The notes beneath the pieces were generated by a model. It saw nothing but the letters and a program-made list of their open reading frames with translations, was not told where the DNA came from and did no database searches. A stretch of DNA of 64,000 nt, from the NCBI GenBank assembly GCA_965223845.1, contig CBDCXR010000004.1, forward strand, positions 5,504,001 to 5,568,000, given 5' to 3'. The translations under genes were made by a program, and so were the position numbers. Below are positions 8,948 through 18,998 of this stretch, in pieces. The number at the start of each line of letters is the position of its first letter. Position 1 is the stretch's first letter. Source of the DNA: Planctomycetota bacterium (GTDB taxonomy: Bacteria > Planctomycetota > UBA8108 > SXIK01).

Positions 8948-9075
8948 CTCCCGCTTTGCCGCGCGTTCTCCCGCCTCCATCTTCGGAATCCTCGATTTCT
9001 CCGAAGGATCGGCCGCTCTCTCGACAATCATCGGATGAGTCGAGTGAACCGCCTCGAGGAGAATCGAAGGACGGG

Positions 9076-9639
9076 ATGCTGAGCGGACGCGAGCGCGACG
9101 CCGATCTGAGACTCCGCGTGCTGCGCGGCGACGTCCGCGCGTGGGAGACGCTCTACGACGCACACTTCGAGCGGTTGTGGCGCGTCGTCCGGAGTCGCGT
9201 GAGTGACGTGCACTCGGCAGAGGATGTCGTTCAAGAAGCGTGGACGGTGGCCGTCGCGAAGATCCGCGAATTTGATCCTGCGCGCGGCGGCTTCGGCGAA
9301 TGGCTCGGCGGGATCGCGATCAACGTCCTGCGCAACCATTCGCGAAGGCGGGCGGTCGCCGAAAACGCCGTCGCGGAGCTCGAGTCCATCGCGGACTCGA
9401 CGGAAGGCGTGGATCGCTTGGTCGTTCAGGAAATCCTTCTCGAATCGTGGGACACGATTCCCGCGCACTATCAGGGAGTCCTCCGACAGAAATACGTCGA
9501 CGGTCTCAGCATGAACGAAATCGCGGCGCGGATGAACGAAACGGTGAAGGCGGTCGAGTCGCTCCTTTCGCGAGCGCGAGCGGCATTCCGCGAACACTAC
9601 GGACGATTGAATCGGGACGGCGACGCGGCACCGAGGTAA
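9076..9639 (+). CDS. ECF sigma-70 family RNA polymerase sigma factor
   Basis: Region 2: AEDVVQEAW...FDPARGGFGEWLGGIAINVLRNH. Region 4: GLSMNEIAARMNETVKAVESLLSRARAAFR. Confidence 0.9.
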   Translation: MLSGRERDADLRLRVLRGDVRAWETLYDAHFERLWRVVRSRVSDVHSAEDVVQEAWTVAVAKIREFDPARGGFGEWLGGIAINVLRNHSRRRAVAENAVAELESIADSTEGVDRLVVQEILLESWDTIPAHYQGVLRQKYVDGLSMNEIAARMNETVKAVESLLSRARAAFREHYGRLNRDGDAAPR

Positions 9640-9644
9640 AGCGA

Positions 9645-10295
9645 ATGAACGACGATCGACGAAGCGAAGAATCGAAGGACCGCTTGAGCGACTCCGAGCG
9701 CGAGGTCCTTATCGGCGAGCTCGGACGTCTCATCGACGAAACGGCGCCCGAAACCCCTCCGGCTCGCGAAGACTTTCGCCGCGAGCTTCGCGAGCTGACG
9801 TCGGCGCGCGTAAGGATCCTGGCCGGACGCTCGAACGGGAGACGAGTTCTCGCCCGCGCTGCCGCCGCGGTCCTTCTCTACGCGGGCGGTTTCGCGACGA
9901 ACGCGCTGCTCTCGAGCTCGGGCGAGGACTCGAGCTCTCCGACTCCCGTCGCCGCTCCGCCCTCCATCGAGACGAGCTCGGCCCCGGCGGACGAGCCGCT
10001 CCTCGCCGTCGAGGAGGCCTCGACCGAGAGTACGAGCGCGCTGCTCGGCGATCTTCCCCCCGATCTCGACGGACCGACGCTCAGCGCCAGAATCCGCCGC
10101 GTCCTCTCCTCCGAGCGCGAGCGCGCCCTCCGCCGCGCCGGAGACGAGTACCTGTCGCCGGAGCGCTCCGATCCCGAATCGGCGCTCCTTTGCTACTCGA
10201 AGCTCCTCGACCGGATGGACCCCGGAGAGGCGGTCGAAACGAATCCGGGCGATCCCTGGCTTCTCACGTATCTAAAGCTCGCGCGCCGAGAGTAA
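9645..10295 (+). CDS. putative membrane-anchored anti-sigma factor
   Basis: Directly follows the ECF gene. N-terminal PPAREDFRRELR, then a single TM (AAAAVLLYAGGFATNALL), then an S/P-rich linker and a helical C-terminal domain. Confidence 0.6.
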   Translation: MNDDRRSEESKDRLSDSEREVLIGELGRLIDETAPETPPAREDFRRELRELTSARVRILAGRSNGRRVLARAAAAVLLYAGGFATNALLSSSGEDSSSPTPVAAPPSIETSSAPADEPLLAVEEASTESTSALLGDLPPDLDGPTLSARIRRVLSSERERALRRAGDEYLSPERSDPESALLCYSKLLDRMDPGEAVETNPGDPWLLTYLKLARRE

Positions 10296-10356
10296 TCCGT
10301 TCGCGAAGAATCGTTTCTGTAGTTCGCCCAATCCCTGAAGACTAAAGGAGGCATCC

Positions 10357-11583
10357 GTGTCAGATTCCGAATCACGCGTGATCCGCGGCGCTCGCGCCGC
10401 TCTTGTGATCGCTCTCAGCACGCTGGCTGCACTTCCTGCTTCGGCTCAAACGCCGACGATCGACGACGCCCGCCGCAACGAAGCGAAGCAGCTCCTCGCG
10501 GGAAAACTCCCGCGCAGCCTCGAGGACTTGATCGCGCGGGCACTCGAATCGAGTCCCGAGCTGCGCGTCACCGCCGCGAAACTGCGCGCGGCCGAAGCGG
10601 AGCACAACCAGGCTCGCCTCCGCATCGTCCAGTCCGTCGTCACCCTCTACAATCGGCGCGAAGAGGCGAAGCAAACGATCGACCACGTCATGACCATCGC
10701 GAGGGATACGCGCACGAGGTCCGCAGCCGGTACGGTCGATCGCGCGGCCGTCGCGGCTGCGGACCTCGCCGCCGCCAACGCTCTCGCTGAGCAGGCCAGA
10801 ATCGAAGCCCAGCTCCGCTACGAGATCGGGCTCGGTGGCGCGCGCGGAATCTTGTCGGGAGAAACGAGCTCGGCGGGAAGGGGCGGGATCGCCGGAGCGG
10901 ATTCGAAACGGACGAAATTCGTCCCGCGCCCTCTTCCCGCCCAGCTCGCGGAGCGTCTCGCCCAGCGCCATACCCTCGTCGTCGACGGAACGCCGCTCGC
11001 TGACACTCTCCTCGCGCTCAATCAACTCTCCGGCGTGTCCTTCGTGCTCTCGAGGGGTCTCGCGGAGACCGAAGTGCCGGTGACTCTCAAGTTCGAGAAC
11101 GGGAAGAGCCTTCGAGAAATCTTGAGCGCATTGACGGACGTCGAGCCGCTCGCCTTCGTTGCCCGCGACTACGGCATCCTCGCCGCGCTCCTAGACGAGG
11201 TCGATCACGAAACGGATCTCGTCATCGCCCCGGCTCCGATCCGAGACGGGCCACCGGCGATCTCAAGCATTCTCGCCGAACGCCTAGCCTCAACCCGAAT
11301 TTCGCCGAACGCAGACTACGCTTCCTTCGAAGATCTACTGAAACTCTTCAGCGAGTCGGTGGGCGTCGACTTCGTCGTGTCGCCGGAGGTCGATCTCGAT
11401 GAGATCGCGGGTGTCAAACTGCGGAACGAAGTTCCCGTTTCGCAATTCCTTCGCCTCATCTGCGATCTCAATCCGGAGCTCGTCTTCGTCGAGCGGGAGT
11501 ATGGCGTCTTTCTCCAGCCGGCCGAATCAACGCTCGCAAGCGACACCGTCGTCGCCGCGGCGAAACGGCGAACGAGGAACTAG
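10357..11583 (+). CDS. exported protein with a TolC-like coiled-coil segment and two STN/secretin-N0-like domains
   Basis: RBS AAAGGAGG and signal peptide ending ASA-Q. SLEDLIARALESSPELRVTAAKLRAAEA resembles an outer-membrane efflux protein helix. Two repeats of LAERLA...L..LSGV.FV...REYG. Confidence 0.6.
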   Translation: MSDSESRVIRGARAALVIALSTLAALPASAQTPTIDDARRNEAKQLLAGKLPRSLEDLIARALESSPELRVTAAKLRAAEAEHNQARLRIVQSVVTLYNRREEAKQTIDHVMTIARDTRTRSAAGTVDRAAVAAADLAAANALAEQARIEAQLRYEIGLGGARGILSGETSSAGRGGIAGADSKRTKFVPRPLPAQLAERLAQRHTLVVDGTPLADTLLALNQLSGVSFVLSRGLAETEVPVTLKFENGKSLREILSALTDVEPLAFVARDYGILAALLDEVDHETDLVIAPAPIRDGPPAISSILAERLASTRISPNADYASFEDLLKLFSESVGVDFVVSPEVDLDEIAGVKLRNEVPVSQFLRLICDLNPELVFVEREYGVFLQPAESTLASDTVVAAAKRRTRN

Positions 11584-11647
11584 ATTCGCACCGAGAACGG
11601 CTGCAAACGCGGCGCGAAGTGGCGCGCGCTCGATCGCGCGTCCGCGC

Positions 11648-12079
11648 TTACTGAAGGACCAGCTGCAGCTGAACCTCCCACCACCCGGTCTCGGGCGAGA
11701 GGTACGGATTCCGCCGAACTCGGAGCGAGACGATCTCGCCGCGCTGCCAATCCGCGAGCGCGGCGAGGATCTCCTCCGACGACTCCGCTTCGACTCCGTC
11801 CACCCCGACGATCAAGTAACCGCCGGGCCAAGGAGCGAGCGCGGCCGCGCGTCCCGGACCGGTCGACCTCTCATCGATGACGCGGCAGGGCACGGCGCGC
11901 CCGCGCTTCGCCTTCGGCACCGCGGCGAGCTCTTCCGAGATCACCTGGAGCCCAACGCGCGCGAGCTTTCCCTCCGGGGAGAGTCCGACCAAAGGATCGA
12001 GTTGGCGGCAAGCGCCGGCGAACACCGTCGAGATCGCGATGACGCAGGCCACGGTAAAGCGAGAGCGGGAATCGTTCAT
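11648..12079 (-). CDS. PDZ-like domain lipoprotein
   Basis: Lipobox FAGAC. GYLIVGVDGVEAESSEEILAALADWQRGEIVSLRVRR resembles the C-terminal half of a PDZ domain. Confidence 0.6.
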   Translation of the reverse strand: MNDSRSRFTVACVIAISTVFAGACRQLDPLVGLSPEGKLARVGLQVISEELAAVPKAKRGRAVPCRVIDERSTGPGRAAALAPWPGGYLIVGVDGVEAESSEEILAALADWQRGEIVSLRVRRNPYLSPETGWWEVQLQLVLQ

Positions 12080-12131
12080 GGCATTCGCTCGATTTCGCCG
12101 AGCGCAGTTACGACCGAGTTCGCGCGCGGGT

Positions 12132-13442
12132 TCACGGACCGTCCTCGCCCCAGTTCGGGACGCGGATCGTGGGCTCGGTCGGGTCCTTCGCCGCGCCTTC
12201 GTTCGCCGCGGACGAACCGCTCACATCCACGAGATCCGACCCGACGGAATAGAGGATTCGCTTCCGGGGCGAGTAACGGAGCGGTCGACCGTCGAACGGA
12301 TCGAGCGGCACCGCAGGGAGATAATCGGGGACGAGGACCTCGAGCCTCTCCGGCAGCCGGTTCTCGGCGAGGTAAAAGGCGCGAAGCGCGAGCACGGCTC
12401 GGGTCGCCCGCACGGCGAAATAGCCATCGAGTCGGCTCTCGACGAGCCGGATGACTCGCGACGCATCCTCGTAGAAACCATCGCCGACCATATTGCCGAG
12501 ACTTCGGATCGGTTTCACGAACGAGGCCCAGGAGCGGTACTCGGTCGAGCCGGACTCGACGTGCTCGATCGCGGCGCGAAACGTCTCGGCGAGCTGGGTG
12601 CGCGTCCGGTTCGGCTTGAGAAAGAGGAGCGACCAGCTCCCGCCGATTTTCTCCGCGGCGGCGTCATCGACCTCGACATCCGAGAGAAACTGAGACGCCA
12701 TCCGGTATTCGTGCCGGAGCGCTTGAACGACCGATTGCGCCTCGACCTCCGCGCCGTCGAGATCGCGGATCGCCTGCCGGCACGCCTCCGCGTCGAGTGC
12801 GCCCACGGCGGCAAGCCGCCGGAGGAGCCGCAACCCGGAATGCTTGATCGTGGCGCCGAAGATCAGCGCGACCATCGATCCGCCGCCTCCTTCGATACGC
12901 CGTCCGAATCGGATCACATCGAGCGCGATCGCGACGGCGCCCGCCGCGTCGCCCGTCTTGTAGCGGTGAACCGCGTCGAGCTCCGCCGCGACGCCGACGA
13001 CGAGCCACTCGCGCAGGTAGTCCGCGGATTCGAAGTCGCTGATGCGCTCGAACACGGGCACCTGGAACTGCGGCTTCGCGCCCGCCGCGCGGAAGAACTC
13101 GAGCGCAGGCGACAGCCGCTCGAGGACGGACTGCGCTTTTTCGGTGTCCCAGAGCGCGCCCGCGCGTTCGAGGATGGTCTCGGGAGACTCCCCCGCGGCT
13201 TCAAGCCCGAACGCCGCGAGCAAGCCGGCCGCCTCATCGTCGATGTCGCCCTCGAGTGTCCCGTTCACCCGCAGAGACGCCCCGTTCAATTCGTCGGGGA
13301 CGGCGTCCGGAATGACGAGAAGATCGACGTCGTTCGGCGGCTCGATGTCCTGCGTCGCGAACACGAAGATCGCCAGGGCTACGAGCAGGAAAACCCAAAA
13401 GCTCGCGAATACGATCAGTCTTCGATGTCGCCGCCAGTCCAC
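12132..13442 (-). CDS. membrane-anchored helical protein with a pseudopilin(GspG)-like C-terminal motif
   Basis: N-terminal TM. C-terminal ALRAFYLAENRLPERLEVLVPDYLPAVPLDPFDGRPLRY...LYSVGSDLVD. Confidence 0.65.
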   Translation of the reverse strand: MDWRRHRRLIVFASFWVFLLVALAIFVFATQDIEPPNDVDLLVIPDAVPDELNGASLRVNGTLEGDIDDEAAGLLAAFGLEAAGESPETILERAGALWDTEKAQSVLERLSPALEFFRAAGAKPQFQVPVFERISDFESADYLREWLVVGVAAELDAVHRYKTGDAAGAVAIALDVIRFGRRIEGGGGSMVALIFGATIKHSGLRLLRRLAAVGALDAEACRQAIRDLDGAEVEAQSVVQALRHEYRMASQFLSDVEVDDAAAEKIGGSWSLLFLKPNRTRTQLAETFRAAIEHVESGSTEYRSWASFVKPIRSLGNMVGDGFYEDASRVIRLVESRLDGYFAVRATRAVLALRAFYLAENRLPERLEVLVPDYLPAVPLDPFDGRPLRYSPRKRILYSVGSDLVDVSGSSAANEGAAKDPTEPTIRVPNWGEDGP

Positions 13443-13860
13443 TTCGCGTCTCCCGTCACGACGCGCGCGAACGGTGTCGCAGCGCGTCGCGTGCCTCCGA
13501 GATGCGTCCGCGCACGGCGGACGACGAATCTACAACCAGCCTCGCTTGCCCGCCGCCAGACTTCGGCTGACGTGAGTCGCGCGGCATCCCTCCGAGCGAC
13601 GCCGCACGCTCCGATGGCGACCGCCCGCGACATTCTCTTCACAAATCGCGCAATCGAACGGTCGAACGAATTCGACCCACCCAGACTTCCTCGACCGCAT
13701 TCCCCGATTTCGACGCGGTCGCCCCTCCCACGGCCCGTTCAGCGAGCGGGATCGGTCGCGGAGTTAGGGGAACACCGGGCACACCAGCACCCGTCGCGAA
13801 CCGATTCGCGCCTGTATTCGTACGATGTTCCGGCAGGAAACCGCAATACGCCGCATCGAG

Positions 13861-13915
13861 GTTTTTTTTGAATTTGATTTCAAATCGACCACGTCTCAAA
13901 ACGTCATAGTGTAGA
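13861..13915. promoter_or_regulatory. AT-rich divergent regulatory region upstream of the gsp operon, with an inverted repeat
   Basis: A T-tract plus ATTTGA-TT-TCAAAT (13872-13885) in an otherwise very GC-rich intergenic region. Confidence 0.4.
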
Positions 13916-14167
13916 CGGGATTCTCGCGCAATTGGCGGATGAAGAGCGAACGAACCGGCACCCCCGCCGGGTTGGATCAGCCGCGGGGACGAGCCGCGTC
14001 GACGACCGGCCGGGGTACGCCCGATCGGACGTTCTCGCTGAAGCGCTCCGACGGGTGGCGTCCGACGGGAATCGGCGGCGACGAGATGCTCGCGCCGTCG
14101 CGACGCGCGCGAGGATCAACCGCGACAACGCAGCGCAGGAACGCGGCCGCATCGGGTTGGAGGGTAC

Positions 14168-15862
14168 ATGTTTCTGACGAACCGAACTCGTCTCGGCGAG
14201 CTCTTCGTCGAACACGGAGACTTGACGACGGATCAGATCGAAGACGGCCTGCGCGAGCACCGCGCCTCCGGTCGTCCGCTCGGCCGATGTCTCGTCGAGC
14301 TGGGTCACGCGACGGAAGCGAGCGTTCTCGAACGTCTCGCCGAGCAGCTCTCGCTCGAATCGATCGATCTCGGGTCCCTCGAGATCGACCCGAACGCCGC
14401 GCGGCGCCTCCCGGCCGACTTCGCCCGCGAGCACAGCGTGCTTCCCGTCGATGTCGTCGGCGGACGCCTTCGCTTGGCGACTTCGGATCCCGGCAACGTC
14501 GCGGTCATCGAGGACGCACGTCTCCTCTCGGGGCTCGAGATCGAAGAAGTGGTCGCCGGATCCGACGAGATCCGACGTCGCATCGAAGAGGTCTACAAGA
14601 TCACGGTCGAGAGCGTCATCGATGATTTCACCGCTGCCGAAGGCGACGCCTCGAGCGACACGCTCCACGACATCGAGGTGATGGCGAACGAGCCCACGGT
14701 CGTCAATCTCGTGAACGTGATCATCTCCGCCGCCCTGCGTGAGCGAGCGAGCGACGTCCACCTCGTCCCGTTCGAAGGCCGACTCGAGCTCCGCTACCGG
14801 ATCGACGGCGTGCTCCTCGAGATGCCACCGCCACCGCGCCAGCTTCACGCGGCGCTCATCTCGCGCATCAAGATCATGGCGCAGATGAATATCGCCGAGC
14901 GCTTCATTCCGCAGGACGGTCACTTCCAGATCCGCAACCAGGGAAAGCGAGTCGACGTCCGCGTCGGAACCATGCCGACGATCTACGGGGAGAGCGCAGT
15001 TCTCCGCCTCCTCGAGAAGGATTCGGAGACTCAGTCCCTCGTCGAGCTCGGAATGAATCCGGAGGAAGCCGCGAAGCTCCTTCGCATCGTCGACAAACCG
15101 TACGGCATCGTACTCTCCACCGGTCCGACGGGGTCGGGTAAGACGACGACGCTCTACTCGGTGTTGAGCAGCATCTACACTACCGAGAAGAAGATCCTCA
15201 CGATCGAGGACCCGGTCGAGTACGAGCTCCCCGGTGTCGCGCAGATTCCCGTGCGCCCGAACCGAGGCTTCACCTTCGCCACGGGACTCCGCGCGATCCT
15301 CCGTCAGGACCCCGACGTCATCATGGTGGGCGAGATCCGCGACGCCGAAACGGCCGAGATCGCGATTCGCGCCGCCCTCACGGGTCACCTCGTCTTCAGC
15401 ACGCTCCATACGAATGACGCCGCCGGTGCGGTCACTCGGCTCCTCGACATGGGAATCGAACCGTTTCTCATCGCGTCCTCGCTCGAAGCGGCGATCGCCC
15501 AGCGACTCGTTCGAAAGAACTGCCTCGCGTGCAAAGCCGAGATCGAGATCACGGACGCCGTCCGCGTCAAAATGGAAACGCTAGGGATCGCGGCCGACGC
15601 CGGTCAGCTCTTCCGCGGCGCCGGTTGCGACCGTTGCCGCGGGACGGGCTACTCGGGCCGGGTCGCGCTCTTCGAGCTGCTGATCCTGACACCGGAAGTT
15701 CGGCAGCTCGTCACCGACAAGCGGCCGAGCACGGAGATCAAAGACGTCGCGGTCCGGGACATGCGGTCACTCCGCGACGCGGGCGTGGCGACGGCCCTCT
15801 CGGGCCTCACGAGTCTCGATGAGGTGCTGCGAGTTTCAGTCGGAGAGGGAGCCGAACGATGA
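14168..15862 (+). CDS. gspE: type II secretion ATPase GspE/PulE
   Basis: N-terminal RLGELFVEHG (MshEN-like), Walker A GPTGSGKTTT, LRQDPDVIMVGEIRD, GHLVFSTLHTND, and Cys pairs CLAC/CDRC. Confidence 0.95.
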   Translation: MFLTNRTRLGELFVEHGDLTTDQIEDGLREHRASGRPLGRCLVELGHATEASVLERLAEQLSLESIDLGSLEIDPNAARRLPADFAREHSVLPVDVVGGRLRLATSDPGNVAVIEDARLLSGLEIEEVVAGSDEIRRRIEEVYKITVESVIDDFTAAEGDASSDTLHDIEVMANEPTVVNLVNVIISAALRERASDVHLVPFEGRLELRYRIDGVLLEMPPPPRQLHAALISRIKIMAQMNIAERFIPQDGHFQIRNQGKRVDVRVGTMPTIYGESAVLRLLEKDSETQSLVELGMNPEEAAKLLRIVDKPYGIVLSTGPTGSGKTTTLYSVLSSIYTTEKKILTIEDPVEYELPGVAQIPVRPNRGFTFATGLRAILRQDPDVIMVGEIRDAETAEIAIRAALTGHLVFSTLHTNDAAGAVTRLLDMGIEPFLIASSLEAAIAQRLVRKNCLACKAEIEITDAVRVKMETLGIAADAGQLFRGAGCDRCRGTGYSGRVALFELLILTPEVRQLVTDKRPSTEIKDVAVRDMRSLRDAGVATALSGLTSLDEVLRVSVGEGAER

Positions 15863-15924
15863 CGCACGATTGCGGGTGCGCGACCGCGCGCTGAACGGGA
15901 ACGGAAGACGCATCGGAAGAGAGA

Positions 15925-17235
15925 ATGGTCACGAGCTTTCGCTACGAAGCCAGAACGAAGAGCGGCACCGCGTCGCGGGGCGTCGTCGACGCCGCAACGC
16001 GTCAGGCGGCGCTGAACGATCTGGCGGGGCGAGGGCTTTTCCCGACCGTCCTCGTGCCAGAAGGGTCTCCCGGCGAGAGCGAGCCGGGGCGCGAGACTGG
16101 CGACGCGGCGGGGCCAGTCTCCGGAGGGCCAGTCTCGACTGGGACCGTGCCGGCGGCACCGGCAGCACCCGTGCCCCTCGACTCCGAGCGAGCGAAGACG
16201 CGAGCGAAGCGAAAGGAAGTGACCGCGTTTACGCGCGAACTGGCGACGCTCCTCGCCGCCGCGATCCCGATCACAAAGGCGCTCGAGGGCCTCAGTGAAC
16301 AGAACGAAAGCGAGCAGCTCCGAGCGGTCATCGACCAGCTCGCGAGCGACGTTCGCGGCGGAAAATCGCTCTCTGAATCGATGCGAACGTTTCCGCGCAT
16401 CTTTCCCGTTTTCTACACGAGCATGGTCGAAGTCGGCGAAGAGTCCGGCGCGATCGCCCAGGTGCTGACGGATCTCGCCGATCTCCTCGAGAGCGAGGAC
16501 GAGATGCGGAGCGAGGTGACGAGCGCGGTCGCCTATCCCGTGTTCGTGCTCGTGCTCGGCTTCGTCACGGCGTTCGTCCTCCTTGCCTTCGTTCTCCCGC
16601 GGCTCTTCTCGATGCTCACGGAGATGGTCGAAGTCCTCCCGGCGCCGACCCGCGTGCTACTCGCCGTCGCCGATTTCTTCGGAAGCTACTGGATCGCGAT
16701 TCTGGTCGCGATCGCGGCAGCGGGCGTCGCGTGGCGTCTCTACACTCGAACGCCGGCCGGGCAGCTCCAATGGGACACCTTCAAGCTGCAGCTCCCTATT
16801 CTCGGCGACCTCTTCCAAACCTCCGCGCTCGCCCGGTTCACCCGCATGCTGGGGACGCTCGAACGGAGCGGAGTTCCTCTCCTCCAGGGACTCGAGGTCG
16901 TGCGCAACACGGTCGGGAACCTGATCGTCAGCCGCCACATCGATCAAGTCACTGAAGAGACCCGCGGCGGCGACTCCCTCGCCGCTCCGCTCCGGCGAAC
17001 GGGTCTTTTGCCGCCCACCATGGTGCAGATGATCGCGGTCGGCGAAGAGACCGGTCAACTCGACACGATGCTTCTCCGAGTCGCCGGAATGCAGGAGCAG
17101 CTCCTCCGCAATCGTTCCAAGGCGCTGATCTCGCTCCTCGGACCGGCGCTCATTCTCGTCGTCGGCGCCGTCGTCGGATTCATCGTCATCGCGCTTCTCC
17201 TCCCCATCTTCCAGATGAGTCAGGCGCTTCGCTGA
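15925..17235 (+). CDS. gspF: type II secretion inner-membrane platform protein GspF/PilC
   Basis: FTRELATLL, SMVEVGEESG, VAYPVFV, MIAVGEETGQLD, and a C-terminal LLPIF. Confidence 0.95.
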   Translation: MVTSFRYEARTKSGTASRGVVDAATRQAALNDLAGRGLFPTVLVPEGSPGESEPGRETGDAAGPVSGGPVSTGTVPAAPAAPVPLDSERAKTRAKRKEVTAFTRELATLLAAAIPITKALEGLSEQNESEQLRAVIDQLASDVRGGKSLSESMRTFPRIFPVFYTSMVEVGEESGAIAQVLTDLADLLESEDEMRSEVTSAVAYPVFVLVLGFVTAFVLLAFVLPRLFSMLTEMVEVLPAPTRVLLAVADFFGSYWIAILVAIAAAGVAWRLYTRTPAGQLQWDTFKLQLPILGDLFQTSALARFTRMLGTLERSGVPLLQGLEVVRNTVGNLIVSRHIDQVTEETRGGDSLAAPLRRTGLLPPTMVQMIAVGEETGQLDTMLLRVAGMQEQLLRNRSKALISLLGPALILVVGAVVGFIVIALLLPIFQMSQALR

Positions 17236-17316
17236 CGCCGTTCGGCGCGGCATCGTCCGCCGCTCCGCTCGTCCTTCCCACACCACAATTCGGATTCTCC
17301 CTCGAGGTACTCACGA

Positions 17317-17808
17317 ATGATCGCGAGGTCTCCCACGATGCTCAATCGACTCCGTCCGACCGGTCGCGCCCGCCGCCGCTCGGATCGCCGCGATGAGGCG
17401 GGCTTCACTCTGATCGAGCTGATGGTGGTCGTCATCGTTCTCGGCATTCTCGCCGCGACGATCATCCCGCAGTTCGTCGGCGTCTCCTACGACGCGAAGG
17501 TCAGTCGCGCTCAGACGGACATCAAAGCGCTGGAGAGCCAGCTCGAGCGCTTCTACCTCCACATGGATCGCTACCCGACGACTCAGGAAGGACTCGACGT
17601 GCTCGTCCAGCCGCCGGCCGACGGCGGCCAAAACTGGCGCGGCCCGTACGTAAAAGAGCTGATCCCCGATCCGTGGGGGAACGGCTACCAGTACCGGAGC
17701 CCGGGACAGTTCGGGTCGAAGACCTACGACCTCTGGTCGAACGGCGCCGACGGGAAGCCCGGTGGAGAGGAAAAAGAGCGCGACATCACGAATTGGAGGA
17801 CCGAATAG
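17317..17808 (+). CDS. gspG: major pseudopilin GspG
   Basis: GFTLIELMVVVIVLGILA, YPTTQEGLDVLV, WRGPY...DPWGNGYQY, SNGADGKPGGE...DITNW. Confidence 0.95.
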   Translation: MIARSPTMLNRLRPTGRARRRSDRRDEAGFTLIELMVVVIVLGILAATIIPQFVGVSYDAKVSRAQTDIKALESQLERFYLHMDRYPTTQEGLDVLVQPPADGGQNWRGPYVKELIPDPWGNGYQYRSPGQFGSKTYDLWSNGADGKPGGEEKERDITNWRTE

Positions 17809-17835
17809 GGACTCTCCGGAGTCGGGATCGCTGTC

Positions 17836-18522
17836 ATGACGCACCCCCGCCGCTTCTCTCGAGCTCCGAACGCAGCACGCGCCCGCGCGGCGGTGAACGC
17901 ACCCCATGCGTCGCCGGCGGGCTCGGGGCTGCTCGCGCGAGCTCCGGGGTCCGCGGACGGGTTCAGTCTCACCGAGCTGATGGTGGTCATCATCGTACTG
18001 TCGATCGTCACGGCGACCGTCACGCCACAGTTCGTCGGCTCCCTCGAGGACGCGACGCTCCGGCGAAGTGCGCGCGAGCTCGCGGCGACGCTTCGCCTCG
18101 CGCGAAGCCACGCCGTGACGACGAACGCCGCTACTAGGTTTCTCCTCGACGCGGAAGGTCACTACTGGATCGAAGGGCGGGGACGCAGCGGCGCGCTCGT
18201 CGGTGCGCGGCCCTTCGAACGCCTCGATCACGTGCCCGGCACTCACGGAGAGATCACCGAGACCATCGCGACGCGGATCGAGCGCCTCGGCGCGGCCGAT
18301 CAGAGGCTCGCGAGCCGGGGCGGCTCGTCGGCCGAAAGCGCTGACGGACGCGTGCCGCGAGCGATGATCCGATTCCTTCCGGACGGAACCACCGAAGCGA
18401 TCGCGATCGTGCTTCGCGACCGCGACGGCTTCGAGCTCAGAGTGCGTCTCGTCCCTGCCACGGCAGCCGTTGAGATCGATCGTCTCGGCCACGATGGAAT
18501 CCACCGGAGGGGCGAAGGATGA
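17836..18522 (+). CDS. gspH: minor pseudopilin GspH/FimT-like
   Basis: GFSLTELMVVIIVLSIV, ARELAATLRLARSHAV, IRFLPDG. Confidence 0.85.
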   Translation: MTHPRRFSRAPNAARARAAVNAPHASPAGSGLLARAPGSADGFSLTELMVVIIVLSIVTATVTPQFVGSLEDATLRRSARELAATLRLARSHAVTTNAATRFLLDAEGHYWIEGRGRSGALVGARPFERLDHVPGTHGEITETIATRIERLGAADQRLASRGGSSAESADGRVPRAMIRFLPDGTTEAIAIVLRDRDGFELRVRLVPATAAVEIDRLGHDGIHRRGEG

Positions 18523-18998
18523 GGCGACGTCGAGGCGACGACTCGAGTCTCTTCGCGGCGAGGACCGCGGACGCGCGCACCGGGGGCTTCTCCCTCATCG
18601 AAGTGCTCTGCGCCGTCATGCTGCTCGGCGTCTCCATCGTCGGGCTCGCCGAGGGCCTCGCGGTCGGGCTTCGCAGTACGAAGCAGGCCGAGGACTACAC
18701 CCAAGGTGCATTGCTCGCGGCCGCGCGCATCGAAATCATCCGCGCGGAGGGAGACCTCATCGCGGGAGAGGAGTCCGGCGAGTTCGCCGACGTCGGTCGC
18801 TACTCGTGGCGACAGTCGATTCAGTCGACGGCGCCGGAGGGACTCTACCGGGTGCGAGTCGACATTCTGGTGAGCGGGAACAACGTTCCCGTCTACAGGC
18901 TCGAGACGCTCCTCTTCGACCGTCCGATCCGCCTCGAAACCGAGACGGAGCGACGGCGAAGACGCGGCGAGGAAACCCGCGCTCGAGGAGGCTACTGA
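18519..18998 (+). CDS. gspI: minor pseudopilin GspI-like
   Basis: GFSLIEVLCAVMLLG; ATGA overlap with gspH; position in the operon. Confidence 0.8.
   Translation: MRRRRGDDSSLFAARTADARTGGFSLIEVLCAVMLLGVSIVGLAEGLAVGLRSTKQAEDYTQGALLAAARIEIIRAEGDLIAGEESGEFADVGRYSWRQSIQSTAPEGLYRVRVDILVSGNNVPVYRLETLLFDRPIRLETETERRRRRGEETRARGGY

Noticed and set aside
13874-13887. FNR box (TTGAT-N4-ATCAA)
   Set aside because: The right half-site does not match at the required spacing; kept only as a generic inverted repeat.
11877-15409. Long alternative-frame ORFs (11877-13871 plus, 13904-15409 minus); likewise 24480-26552 minus and 61996-63258 minus
   Set aside because: Shadow ORFs opposite well-supported genes, with R/A-rich unstructured translations.
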